A DNA stretch of 64,000 nucleotides from Monocercomonoides exilis PA203 (Eukaryota > Protista > Preaxostyla), in assembly GCA_001643675.2 (NCBI GenBank), contig LSRY02000008.1, forward strand, positions 1,898,415 to 1,962,414, given 5' to 3'. The translations under genes were made by a program, and so were the position numbers. Each line of letters begins with the position of its first letter. Position 1 is the stretch's first letter. This document shows positions 36,415 to 49,300 of this stretch, in pieces. A model generated the notes under the pieces. The model was not told the DNA's origin. It searched no databases and worked only from the letters and a program-made list of their open reading frames with translations.

Positions 36415-38649
36415 TTTGTCATTTCAATTTCAAGTTAAAGAATTATGTTTTTCATGATATTTTCACATTTCAAATTTTTTGCAACATGAAAACAAATATT
36501 TGAGTTTTTCTTTGTGAACATGATGAAGTGAAATTAATCAAAATATTGAGAATAATACTGACTTCCATACTTTTTTCCCACGAAACGTTGAAAAATTGTT
36601 TCACTCATAACAATATTTAACTTTCTCAGATTTCAAAATAAATTTTAATTTCACATCTGTAAATGGACTTCAATGATATTATGACACTTTGTTTTGAAGC
36701 CATGTTTAAATTCGAAAAAATAAATTCATTTTATTCAAACTTTTTCACATAAAAAGTTTATCAAATGTCCAATTGGGTGATTTTTTTTGATATCATAAAA
36801 AATTCCGACGTTTGATCAAAAATTAATTTCATTAAGGGTTGCTTTTAAAAAGAAAAATAAATGAGGAAATTATTCAAATATATTGCTTTATATATGGTTG
36901 TTGTTGTTTATAAATTAATTTAAATTTGTTTCTAATTGTTTTTGCTTCAAACTTTGAAGAAAATTCCTTAAACTTATCAAAAAATTACAAAACTTTTATA
37001 AATAGAATTAAACTTCAAATTAAATGCAAATAAAATATGAATGCAACAATTCAGATAAAGTATTCAATAAATTTCATTAGAAAAATTTGCAGAAAAATGT
37101 TATTGAAAATGAAAAAAGAATTGATTGGTTGAAATCAACAAATAATAGAAAAAATCAATAAATTTTTGACAATTAATAATTTTCATAGTTGATTCACCTA
37201 CGTTCGCTTCTCTTTCAACTGTTTCGTTATCTTTCTCTTCTGAATAATGTAAAAATTTGAATTTTTCTCATTTCCACACTCATCATTAAAAAACTTCTTA
37301 TTCCAAAAATATCATCTTCAATTCCCTTCCCAACCCCTTCATCCTGAGCACTTTTCGTATGAATTCGCTCTCCCAACTCGACACTCACCTTTCATAACGA
37401 GATATCCTGCTTTCATTCATTTTCACTCTTTTCCGCCTCCTGCCTTGAAAGCAACACAAAAATCATCAACAGGTTAATATTCATATACAGAAAAACAAAT
37501 AAAGGCCAAACTGCCCTTCGACTATTTTTTGCCAAACAGCTTCATTTCCACAGCCATCATCATTCAAAAAATAAATCTCATCATTTCAGTCTCAGAATGG
37601 TCAAATTGCAACATGGAATGCATCTCCACAAAATATTTCATATATCTCGCTGGAGGGTCTTCTCAGCCCGTACACATTGTGATGCCTGTTCAAAGGGGTT
37701 TTTTCTGTTTTTGTCATGATCATCTCCTTTAATAATATTCTCAACCACCCAAAGCAGTATTTGATGTTTATCTCATCAACGTCTGGTGCAGGAGATATAT
37801 GGGGCAGAGAGGAGATGGAAGAGGATTATTTGTGGCAGGGGGTGGGAGTTGAGTATATCTTTGAATGTTAATATTTCGAGAGGGGTTTTTGAATGAAAGA
37901 AATTCTGAGACAAAAAGGTGGAGAAGAGCAGATGGAAATTTGTAGAGGAAAATGTAGTAAATATGTAGAGAAGTGGCTGAGGAGGGCGAGGAAGATATTT
38001 GAGATAAATTGGAGAAATGGAATTTGGAAGAGAAGGAAAAGAGGGCAAAAGCGGGACAGAAGATGGATATTCTGAAATGTTAAGATGAAAGAGGGATATT
38101 TTTTGAGAAGAGAAAAAAAGGAGAGAAGATTTTTTGAAGATGGAAATGGAAAAGAAAGGAAATTGAGAGTTATTAACATTTTTTGTTTTTGAAGAAAAAG
38201 GAGAGGAAATTAAAAAAAGAAGGCAAATGACTTTGAAGAAATGCAGCTTAATTGATTAATAACAGAATATTTTCCAAAATATTTGCAATTTGGGTTTTTG
38301 TCTCGTTGCGAAGTTAACTTGTTAAATGAGATGTTTCATTCAGTAAACAACATCACATGGAACCTCCCCACTTCTTCCTTGGAATTTTTTTGAATTTTTT
38401 ATGGATTTATCAATCACCAAAAATATTCATTTTCATCGTCCTTTCATCTTCTTCACTTTCTTCATTTTCTTCTTCATCATTTCCTTCTTCCTCACCTTCT
38501 CCAAATTCTTTGACTTCTTCTTCTTCTTCTTCTTCAACGTCATCATCAAAAACAGCAATTGTCAAATTCTTCGAGAAAGAAAAAATAGAAAACTGATCAT
38601 CTTCATCTTCCTCTTTTTACGAACAGTTAGAAGTGAATTCATCACAAGA

Positions 38650-41574
38650 AAGAGCCGAAAAAGCAAAAATGGACGAAATCATCGAAGACTTCAAAAGAAA
38701 ACATGCGCAGCTTCTGCCTCTTCCTGTGAACCCACCACAAGAAGCAACTCTTCAAAATTCATTTTATGTCCCTTGAAGACAAAGGCAAAAGAAAAAATAA
38801 TCAAAATTCTTCACAAACATCTTTGACTCATTCATTTGCTGGAATGTGTACAGGCGCATCTCCGACTTTGACCAATGATTCCTTGCTTTCACTTCGTCGG
38901 CTATTACCTTCTCATTTACCTTCCTCTTCCTCCTCTTCATCCACATCTTCTCCAGCAATGACCGATCTTTCTCTCTCTCCACTCTTGATCACCCTATCGC
39001 TCTGAGATTAAAATGCGCTCAGCGTAAGAGCAATGCTCCCTCTCCTCCGCCGATGCTATCTCAAACGCTGTGCGCAAGTGGCTGCTGCTTCTGGTGCTTC
39101 ACATTCTTCTTCTTCTTCTTCTTCTTCTTCTTCTTCTTCTTCTTCTTCTTCTTCTTCTTCTTCTTCTTCTTCTTCTTCTTCTTCTTCCTCTCTTCCTCGT
39201 TGCTTCGCTCTTCTTGAAACAGATTTCTGACAGGAGAAGAGCAGCAGATGAGGAGGATGAGACAGTTGTTCGGAAGAAGAAGGAAAAGACAATATTTTGT
39301 TCTCCCACTGGATGTGTTTGAGGCACTGCCGCTGTTTGCAGAGTTTCGGATGGTGGAGCGGTATGCGAAGAATCTGAAGAAAAGGAAGAAGTTAAAGGCA
39401 ATGCAGATGAAGTAAAAGGGAACATATTAAGTTGAGGAAGGAATTAAAGCATAAAAATGACGAAGATAGCTGTGATGATGAAAAAGAAAATAAAACAAAA
39501 TCAGAAGAAAACGAGAGTTTATCATTGATCAGAAGAGATTCTTTGAAGGAACTGAAGAAAAAGGAAGAAACTGAATGCCTTTCCGACATCTCCATCGTAA
39601 GTGATGAAGACGAGAGCAGAGATATGAAGCAAACAAAGATGAAGACAGTGACTGGTGCGAAGATATTACCATGTGCTTGAGCTTCAACGAGATTCTGTTG
39701 TGAAAGAGGTGCTTTTGATGGTCAGACCAAACCTTCTGCTTTCTCCAGCACCGATTGACGAGTCGACAAAAAGATCAGGAATGAGTGTGAATGCTTCGAA
39801 AATGAGGGGGATGGTTTCGAAGACGGGAAAGAAGAGAAAGAAGGGAATCATTCTTTGAATGAAAATGGAAACAAGGAAGAAGTTGAATGAGATGAAGATG
39901 ATGGAAAAGATAAGGAAAAGAAGTGATTTTGGAGGATTTAATGAACAACCCCAAAGAAGTTGTTTCAAAAGCAAATATAATCAAACGGAAGTAAAAAAGA
40001 GTGCAAACGCCAAAGAATGAATAAAAAACGGCAGAAAATACGAAATACATTCCAATGAGCCAAAATCAGAGCCTCTTTCATCGCAAAAGCAGCAAAAACA
40101 ACTCCCTCTCCCCCACATTCACCTTCTCCACAATCTAAACAGTGCTTTTCAGAACGATGCGCCTTTAGAAAGATGCACTTAACACTAGGAAAGCGAATGG
40201 ACGGTGGATGGAGAGGAGTTGGAGGTTGTGCATTGATTGTGTACTGCCAAGAGATGGAAATGGGGAGAGGGGCTGTTGGTGCACCGACAACTCCGCTATC
40301 ACCTGCTGTTGGAGGAGGAGGAATAGGAATAGGAATTGGAGGAGGATAAGAAGGGGTGACGTTGGGTGTGATGAGGATGAAGGATTTGAACAAAGAAGTG
40401 ACAAGGGCGATGCAAGATGAGTTTCAGAATGAGAAATGGAAAGTGGACGATGAAGAGGCGAAGATCACGTTCAATTCATTGGAATCAGATGATCAGAGAG
40501 AAAAACAGCTTCGGCTGACGAAATTGCAGGAGACACAGAAGAAGAAGGAGAAAGAAGAGAAAGAGCGCAGGAAAATGGAGAAAATGACGAAGAAGATAGA
40601 GGAAAAAGACAAGAATCTGTGAAACAGCATCCAAGGAATACTACAGCCACATCTTGGAACAGGCACACAGATCAGCCAGAAAGAAAACAAAATGGCATGC
40701 GAGGTGCAGCAAGAGGCGAAAGAAAGCCAAACGCCATTTCTGACAATAGAGCGGAAATTGGACTGCACGCTGAATGACCTCGCTTATTCTGACCTGGAAG
40801 ATTTGAGCGATGAACAGGATGTGCCCTGTCGTTATGTGCGTATCAAAAGCGAGGAAAACTGGAAATTTGTGTGGAAGATGAGGAAAGTTCCTGCGTATGC
40901 ATGAATCTTTTCGAGGCAGACAATAAAGCGGTCGGATCTGATGAGTGCGCTGAAGAGCGTTCTAAAGCAAACCTGTGCGGAACTGCGAAGAGGAAACAGA
41001 AGAAACACACAGAAAGGGATAGAAAGGAGCAGGGAAAGGATCGCCTCTGCTGTTTCAGAAGGAGAAAATGATGAGAACATTCAGTCAGAGCAGTGTGCCT
41101 GGGAGGAGAAATGCACTATCGAAGCTGTTTTCTTTGCTGTCGTTTTCAAAGTCAGCTTATTTGTTCACGTTGCACACTTCAATGGCAATGGATCTGATGC
41201 AGAAATACCCTGCTCTCTATTTGGTTGCGCCTTTTGGTTCGGCTGCTGATTTTTCTGCAAATACAAATATTGCTCTTCATCCTCTTTTTCGTTGCATCAC
41301 TTCGCTTGTCAATTTGTCCTTGTTTATGAACGACCAACTTCAATCTTCTCCTTCTTTCAAAACATCTTTGTTTCCTTCCTTCTTGTCTCAAGCTGTTCAT
41401 CCATCTTCTACTAATTCTGCTTCTCCTGGCTCACTTTCTCCACTCTTTCTTCCTGCTCTCTCTTCGTCTCCTTCTCTTGCATTCAACTCCCCTCGAATTC
41501 GACATCGTTTATCACTTTCATTTCAATTCAGAAGCACAAAACAAATATTCATTCCATCACAGAATAACAGCTGA
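38650..41574 (+). pseudogene. Fragmented coding-like region of unknown product in the IR2 spacer (K/E-rich, Ser-rich)
   Basis: Successive short plus-strand ORFs with protein-like composition (39432..39680, 40356..40622, 40692..40904, 41068..41574). No recognisable domain; could be an intron-containing gene. Confidence 0.3.
39104..39187 (+). repeat. (TTC)28 microsatellite
   Basis: Read directly from the sequence. Confidence 0.95.
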
Positions 41575-42172
41575 TGTTATTTTTCAAAGGAAATTGTGCA
41601 ATATTTAACCAAGATAAGCCGATTATCAGGAATGCAATCGGAAAGAAAATCTATTCTGACCTTTTCGTTTTAAGATTGAAAGAATTCACAGAAAACAGAA
41701 GGAGCAGGGCAGGATAGGATATTTGGGGTGAATTGGTTCAAAAATAGCCTTCGATTAATTTCACAACATCAAAACCACAGCGACTTGTTGGAAGTGAAAT
41801 GAAGAGGAAAAGCAATTTTTGGGGAAAAGGCATATTTGAAGAGAAATTTCAAAGAGGTAGTTGCGCTAATCGGTTTCAAGCAAGTTGAAATCTGAATGTT
41901 GAAGAAATATTGCTTTTGAAGAACTTTCTGATATGATAGAAGAGATGCATATTGAAGAGAAGTAATAGATGATTCACCAAATGCAAATTCCATTTGTTGC
42001 TTTACGGAAGAAGTGACAACGGTTGAAGAAATTTCGAAGAAATATTTTTATTTTGAGCTGACGTAAAGGATTTTTGAAAAAATAAGCTTCTTGTGAAAAG
42101 ACGACGAAAACTCATGAATTTTACAATAATATAAAAATTGTTCAAAATTAGAAGAAGAAAAAATTGAAGAAA

Positions 42173-42442
42173 TTATGATGAAATCAGAAAAAGTTCATCA
42201 TTTCCATTGATTTTAGTGTCAACCGCGCTGAAAGTGAGTGTTTGAGTCGGAGTAAATATTGAGGAAAGGAGGGTGAGAGAGGCGTCTTGGAGGAGGGAAA
42301 TGAAGCCAGTGAGGGCATACTCGATGGTGACACATGGGGTCTGTTGGGGTCTGCCATAGGCATCTGCATCAGTTCCATTGCTGGCAACAATTTTGTTCTG
42401 GGCGATGAGGGGGAGACAGCTGTTAAACTTCGCTTTATCCAA
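42173..42442 (-). pseudogene. Fragment of a distant member of the beta-helix surface protein superfamily
   Basis: IVASNGTDADAYGRPQQTPCVTIEYAL matches the family module-start motif. Confidence 0.6.
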
Positions 42443-43432
42443 TGGTTCACGGTTTCGTTCAAAAATTGATGAAGCTTCTGAATCAAATAAAAAAAATGGA
42501 GATTTGTTGTCTATTCAAAGGAAAGAACAAAAAAAGAAAATTATCTGATTTTTATCAATTAATTTCGATAATTTTGTTTTCTTATCTTCTTTTCAGTTCT
42601 TCTTCATAAACTTTCTCTTAACAATGTTTTGATTTTCCAATTATGATATTTCTATTTTCCTTTAGAAGTTTCATTTATTTGTTTTTTGTTAATTTTTCTA
42701 AAACTTGATCAAAAAATCCTTTTTCACGAAAAACATTAAAAAGGTATGTTTTTTTTTTGAATAAAACAATAAAACAAATATACATAACAGAAATAAAAGC
42801 TAAATACTAGAAATATATTTAAAAAACTCTTCGATCAAAAATTACCACAATTGATTTTATTTTTTCGATTTTTGATCTTTTTTTATGATATCAAAAAAAA
42901 TCACCCAATTATTATCATTGAAAATGTCTGATGAACAGTATTTTGTCCCATTTGATATATGAAACAAATCCTTTAACAGTCATGTGCACAAATATTTGTT
43001 CAAAAACGTTTTGCGCATGCCCTGAATAAATAGTGCAAACTATTAATTTCCAATGATTTATTTTTTGTGAAAAAATGAACTATTGATCAACTTTTCTGAA
43101 GAAAAACTTTGAATAAAATGAATTTATTTTTTCGAATTTAAACATGGCTTCAAAACAAAGTGTCATAATATCATTGAAGTCCATTTACAGATGTGAAATT
43201 AAAATTTATTTTGAAATCTGAGAAAGTTAAATATTGTTATGAGTGAAACAATTTTTCAACGTTTCGTGGGAAAAAAGTATGGAAGTCAGTATTATTCTCA
43301 ATATTTTGATTAATTTCACTTCATCATGTTCACAAAGAAAAACTCAAATATTTGTTTTCATGTTGCAAAAAATTTGAAATGTGAAAATATCATGAAAAAC
43401 ATAATTCTTTAACTTGAAATTGAAATGACAAA

Positions 43433-43697
43433 TGTCTAAATTTTTTTGAAAAGTTCCTTTTGTTTATTTTCCAAATAAAGAAAAAATTTCATATTTCGAT
43501 CATATTTCGATCATATTTATGTTCCCACTCACGAAACTTCACTCAAATGGAAATAATAACATCAGAAAGATTTATTTTTTCATAACAGCGAATGTTTATG
43601 AGTGGGAACATAAATATGATCGAAATATGATCGAAATATGAAATTTTTTCTTTATTTGGAAAATAAACAAAAGGAACTTTTCAAAAAAATTTAGACA
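43433..43697. repeat. 265-bp hairpin/MITE-like element with perfect 99-bp arms and a 67-bp loop
   Basis: 43433-43531 is the reverse complement of 43599-43697. Flanks AATGACAAA / AATTGACAAA form an imperfect direct repeat. Confidence 0.85.
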
Positions 43698-44905
43698 AAT
43701 TGACAAAAGTTAACATTATTCAAAAATGAACTTCAAATATTTTTGAAAAGACTTGTTGGCTGAAAATTTTTTCTTTTAAAATAAACGAAAAAACAAAATA
43801 TCTCTGTGAGCAATAAACAAAAATGGAAAAATAAACTGGTTAATAACAGTGCGAAAACTGTTTAAAAGGAGTGTTGAGGTGTTGAAAGTCACAGGGAGCT
43901 CATGGTTGATTGAGACATATTAACAAAAAAGTACCAATAAATAAAAAAGTCCCATTAAAAAGTCGACCCTGGGTAATCTAATCTTGAACAAAGCATAGCA
44001 TGATTATGTGGGAAATATGCCTCGAAAAAAAGAACAGTTACAAAACTAAAAATAATTCATATTTTTCAATCAGCACTTGACTGCTTTTTGATATCATATG
44101 TTTTCTCTCAAAAAATTTCGATTTGAAAATTTTCAAGAAACACTGAGCGATAAGACGAAAAAGTGAAAATAACAATATCAGATGTTTTTTTTTAAAAAAA
44201 TTTGTTGTACCGATTTATTTATTCAACTAATAATTTTTGCACAATAAATTTTTCCACATTAATTGAATTGCTGAAGACAAACAAACAAGCCAATAAATAA
44301 AAAAAATAAATAAATAAAAATTCTAATTCTAATTCAAAGCATCGTCGATGTTTATGCATTTGCAATAATGTTCATGAAAGATGCTTCTGTAGGATAACAC
44401 ATGGGGCAAAATATACCCGCTAATGGTGTTTTCACTGAAAAAAATTTACTCTATGAAAGAATTTTTTTGTAAATAAAAATTCTCTTAAAATGTATTTAAG
44501 ATATGAAAATCTATTTTTTTATTAATTTTTTGAAGCAACTGTTAGGTTATTCGAGAAAGGAGGCTTTAATGTACTATGCATAAAATTCTTGAAAATCCAT
44601 GTTTTTCCTCACATATTTTTCATTTTCTTTGGGTTGAGGAAAAAAGTTGACTGATTTGTTCTTTATTCTCTTCTCAGCAAATTTCCCAAAAAAATAATGC
44701 AAGAAAATATTTTCCATTCATTTGCTTCTCCACCTTCTTTTTCTCCTTTGAATCCATCCCTTCTTCAAAAGTTCTTCAAATATTTATCATCTTCAAATGC
44801 ATTTTTCCTTCATCTTTTATCATCTTTTTCTGGCATTCGGAACTGTCGCATTCCGCAAAACACCTCCCATTGCTTCTGGCAGCTGTGATTTTCTCTCACC
44901 AAAAG

Positions 44906-46330
44906 CTAATTCATCCCAATCGTTTTCAATTTCTTCCCTTTCCCTGCTATTATTATCTTCTTTTCCTCAACACTGATTGTCTTCTCTTCGCTCATATCCC
45001 TCCCACCCAGCAACGTGATTGTCGAGCTCAGCTGCGCCATGCTCGAACCCACTGCATGCCCCACTGTCTTGCAAGGTGCTGCCTCACTCATCCCACACAG
45101 ATTATTTGTGTCATCTCCACTCACTCCAACATACCGATCCTTCATCCCGACGCTCAGCCACCACATCTTTTCTGTGTGCTGATACGTCCAACTGCCTGAT
45201 AAATAATAACGGCACACTCTCGTATCATTGCTATTCGTTGTGTACGATTCATAAAACGGATTATTCGATGAGAAGAGATTGTATAGATCTTGGAAAAACA
45301 AATCATGACCATATGGAGTGGTATCAGTGCAACTGCAATCGTGGAAGAAGAAGAAATAGCAATAAATGTTGTTGCTTGGAGCTGTTTGTTGGTTTGGATC
45401 AAATCTCATTCCTCCGCCATGTGAATATGCCGAACACGAAATAAACTGGAGGCTCCTCATTTTGAATGCAGCTGGAACATTGTAACAGCACATCCCTCCG
45501 CCATTCGAATTTGTAATGGAGCACGAAGTGAAGAAACACTCAAACACACAAGCGCTCTCCCCTTTGCCATTTTCTGTTCCAATGCAGCCAGATCCAGAAA
45601 CATTAAAAGAATCGAGACATAAACCTCCTCCATAAATTTTCGCTTTGCAACTCTTGAATTCGCAGCCGCTGATCCTGACACAAGAAGTTATATTATAAGC
45701 ATACAATCCTCCTCCAGCCCAATTTTTTGCTGTACAAGCATTGAATGAGTTGTTCTCTATTTTGATAGAATTGATTGAAACACACAAAATTCCTCCGCCA
45801 TCATAATGCGCATAACAATCATTGAACGAACAAAATTTCACAGAAAGTGTTCCAGATGCCTTGTTATACATGTAAATCGCTCCGCCATTTGAATCTCCAT
45901 AAGAATAATCATAATTTGTCCCAGTTGTTTTTGAGCCATTCCATACACACCAAGTGAACGAATTCGTTAAATCTGTAGAAATTTGCTGTCTCACTGGTTT
46001 CGATGGATTCCCTTCACTCCCGCTGACTGCAACATTCTGAGACCGATAGCACCTGACAAATGAGGTGTTCGAGGCAGCCAAGGATGATGAGGGGCTGTTC
46101 AGTGAGGGAACAATGCCCCCATCATAAACATCCCACACCGATACAAACTCACACCCACTCATCAGAAATGATGTTTGGCTCAGCCCTTCAGCCAGATGTG
46201 ATATTTTTGGTGGATTTGTGGAGATGTTGAAGAAGGTCAGCTGGGTGAGAGATACAAGGCGTGTCAGGGGAGGTGCCAGAAACGGGGCTGAAGACACACA
46301 AAAAGATGAGAAATTCGACTCACTCACCAA
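44906..46330 (-). pseudogene. Truncated N-terminal cassette (copy B', inverted twin of B)
   Basis: 474-aa ORF identical to 33557..34981 except CVSINSI versus CVSVNSI. Confidence 0.85.
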
Positions 46331-49300
46331 TACACTCCCTCCTCCTTCGCTTTCTTCTTCTCTTCCTTCTTCTCTTCCTTCTCCACCTCTTCTTCCTCCT
46401 CCTCTCTCCCACTTCTCGGCTGCACCATCCCTCTCAATACAATTTTCATCAAAATCTCAAATTATTCTACAACCCTTTTCCTTCCTCTTTCTGCAGCATA
46501 TGTTATGAATCTCATAAAAAATTATAACAGACCTTCGCTGTCAATGCCTTTTTATAATTAATGATCCCATAAAGCTCTTTCCCAAACTGATTCTGCTGAT
46601 TGACCTTCACTTTCTGTATTTTGATGTAATTTCACTCCCTTGAAATTTTACGAAAACGCCAGCAAAAACAATTTTGTTCAAACAAAATAAAAAGAAAAAA
46701 CAATAAATCATATAAAAAATAGTCAAATAATATAATTAATAAAAATGTCATACCCTTGTTTTCCTTTTCTCTCGCCCACTTTTCTCAAAGAATCATCCCA
46801 TTCCTTGCCTCCTCATCCCTTCCATCATCTCCAACAAAAACAAAACATACTGCAATCTCCATCCATAAAGATAAATATTCTGGAATCTATCCCCATCTTC
46901 TTTTTAGAATTTTCTCCAAATTATCTGTGTTCTTTCTCACAAAAGCTAATCTCCTCTGTTTTTCACCAAAACCCCTTTCTCCTTTCATCTTTCTTCTTTG
47001 TAAGGCACAGTTTCTTTTCTTCTTCTCAATTACTTGTGCATATCTTCTGTCTTTTCATCATTTTCCCATTCTCTTTTTTCGCGTTCAACCAGATTTGTCC
47101 AGCACTCCTTCCAAAACCTTCAAAATTATCTTTCTTTCATTTCATTTCGCATTTCTCCTCCAGCTCACTCCTCTATGCGCCCCTTCATTTATTTCATCCA
47201 GACTTCTTTTATGCATTTTTAATCTCCTCTTTCCATGTTCCATGTTCATTCATTGCCATCGAGCATTCTTGTAAAAATACAAACATCATAAAAAATAAAA
47301 TACGAAAACATATTTTTTAATAATAATGAACAAACCTATGCCAATTGATATGACCAATCTTCGTATACAACATTTCTTCTTCTTCTTCTTCTTCTTCTTC
47401 TGTGTGTATTTCTCTGTTCTGCTCATAACATCAGCCTTCTCTGTCTCTGCTCTCAGTCTCACGGCAAATGAAACCACTTCTCTTCTGTTCCCTCAAAATT
47501 GCCCATGTCCAATCCTCACTTTCGGTTCTATTCCACAAATTCCAACAACTCCAACCATTTTTATTTTCATAAGATGGCAAGTGAAAAAAAGAAAAAAGAA
47601 GACGAAGACGAGAAAAACGAAGAAGGAGACATAGACGAATAAATTGAAGAAGAAAATGAAATTATTTTATTCGGAGGAGCTGGTGATGATGATGATGATG
47701 ATGCGAAGAAGGCAAAGAAGGCAAAGAAGATGATGAAAACTGTGAGGCTGAAAAATAAGAATAACAATAAATGAAAAAGTCTGTGAAGATGAAGAATACG
47801 ATGAAGGAGATGCAAAAGACGATAAAGAAGATGCCGCTGAGTTTTCATATGAATGATATTTTCTTCTGTAAGAAGACATCCTCAAAATAGCAATCTCGTT
47901 CTCTGCTCCAGCTGCAAATCCTTCTATGATATAAGACTGAAGGCAAAGGCAAAATGACTTAAATCTATTTTGTCTGTTATCCACCACAAGCTGCTTGTTT
48001 TACGCCAAACTGTCTGTTTTTCTCGAATTTTCGACAAACAAGCAAAACAATCAAGTGCCATTCTACCCCTCTCCTCGGTCCATAAAAGCAATGTCTTCCC
48101 CTTCTTCTCCAAAGAAAGGCACCTTGTTCTGCTCCAATTGCCTCCAATGTCCTGTTTCAGTCACTTGTCCCAATCTTTCCAACAAACTTAAAAATGAAAA
48201 TGTCTTCTTCCTCTTTTTAAAAAACGCTCCCTTTTCATTGAATTTGGTTATTCTTCCTTTTTAGCTTTGGCATTTTCCAATCCCGTTGATTTCTGCTCCA
48301 TCAAAACTCATTTTTCATCGTATTTCTATCCATCGCGCATGTTGAGTCCAAAATAAGTCACATACATTTATGATAAAATATATTCAGGCTCTTATAATAT
48401 ATTTGTAAGATAGCATTTGTCTCGCTTCATTGCTGTTCTCCTCTGCATGGAATAAATCGTCCATTTTTTATAAATCGTCTGAATCACGACTTTGGAGAGG
48501 ATACGGATGATAATATCTTCACAATCAACAGAAAAATAAAAAATACATACATTAAAAATTTCACATTCACATTGAAAATGTTGCATCCTCACACCATTCC
48601 ATCAATCAAAATGAATAATTCCAGCTTCCCTCAAAATAAAATTGTTGCTGTCTCATCTGCCATATCTCTGGAAATAATTCACCCATCCCAGCTGGAATGT
48701 TTGACGTCTTGATTTCTCACTCTGTTGAACGGCTTTTTTATCATTAAACTTTGATCATTTGCCATAACAGATTAGAGAGTTTGATGAATGAAAGAGGATT
48801 CAATTTGATGTTTTTTGGTTGAAAGGGCAGAGGCTGGAAGAGAAATGGGGACAGGGGATTGTTTGTGGGGCAGCTCAACAACCTTGCCAATTCTTGTTAT
48901 TTGTGTGCCAAATGAGCAGAAAAGAAATTGATTTCTAACTTTATGGCCGCTGTCTGGTGCTCATGATGAGCATGAGATAATAAGAGGGAGAAATTATCGA
49001 CAATGCATTGATTCATCATTCAGCACCTGGATTGCAACATATCCTGCCAATCCCCTTGAATAAATGGAATTTCTTTGAAAAGTGAAGGAAAAGGAAAAGC
49101 AATGTTAAATCTTGTTTCGGTCATGTCACAACATTGTTGCACTTTTGAACATGTGTTTTATTCTTCACCTGTTGAGCAACATCTGGTGTCATCTTTCAAT
49201 TTTATTGTGAAATCCAACACAGATACAAATGGATAATTTTCGTTTATCAAAATTATCTCTTTCACTTGTGCATCATCTTCGCTTTCCATGTTTTCAAACG

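Larger units (their letters stand above)
33016..46872. repeat. Inverted duplication IR2: arms ~33016-36739 and ~43108-46872, ~6.4-kb spacer
   Basis: Mirrored ORFs 33557..34981/44906..46330, 34999..35190/44697..44888 and 33379..33669/46218..46508. Inner junction at taaattcattttattcaaa 36721-36739 / 43108-43126. Diverged similarity continues outward to ~32450/47300. Confidence 0.95.
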
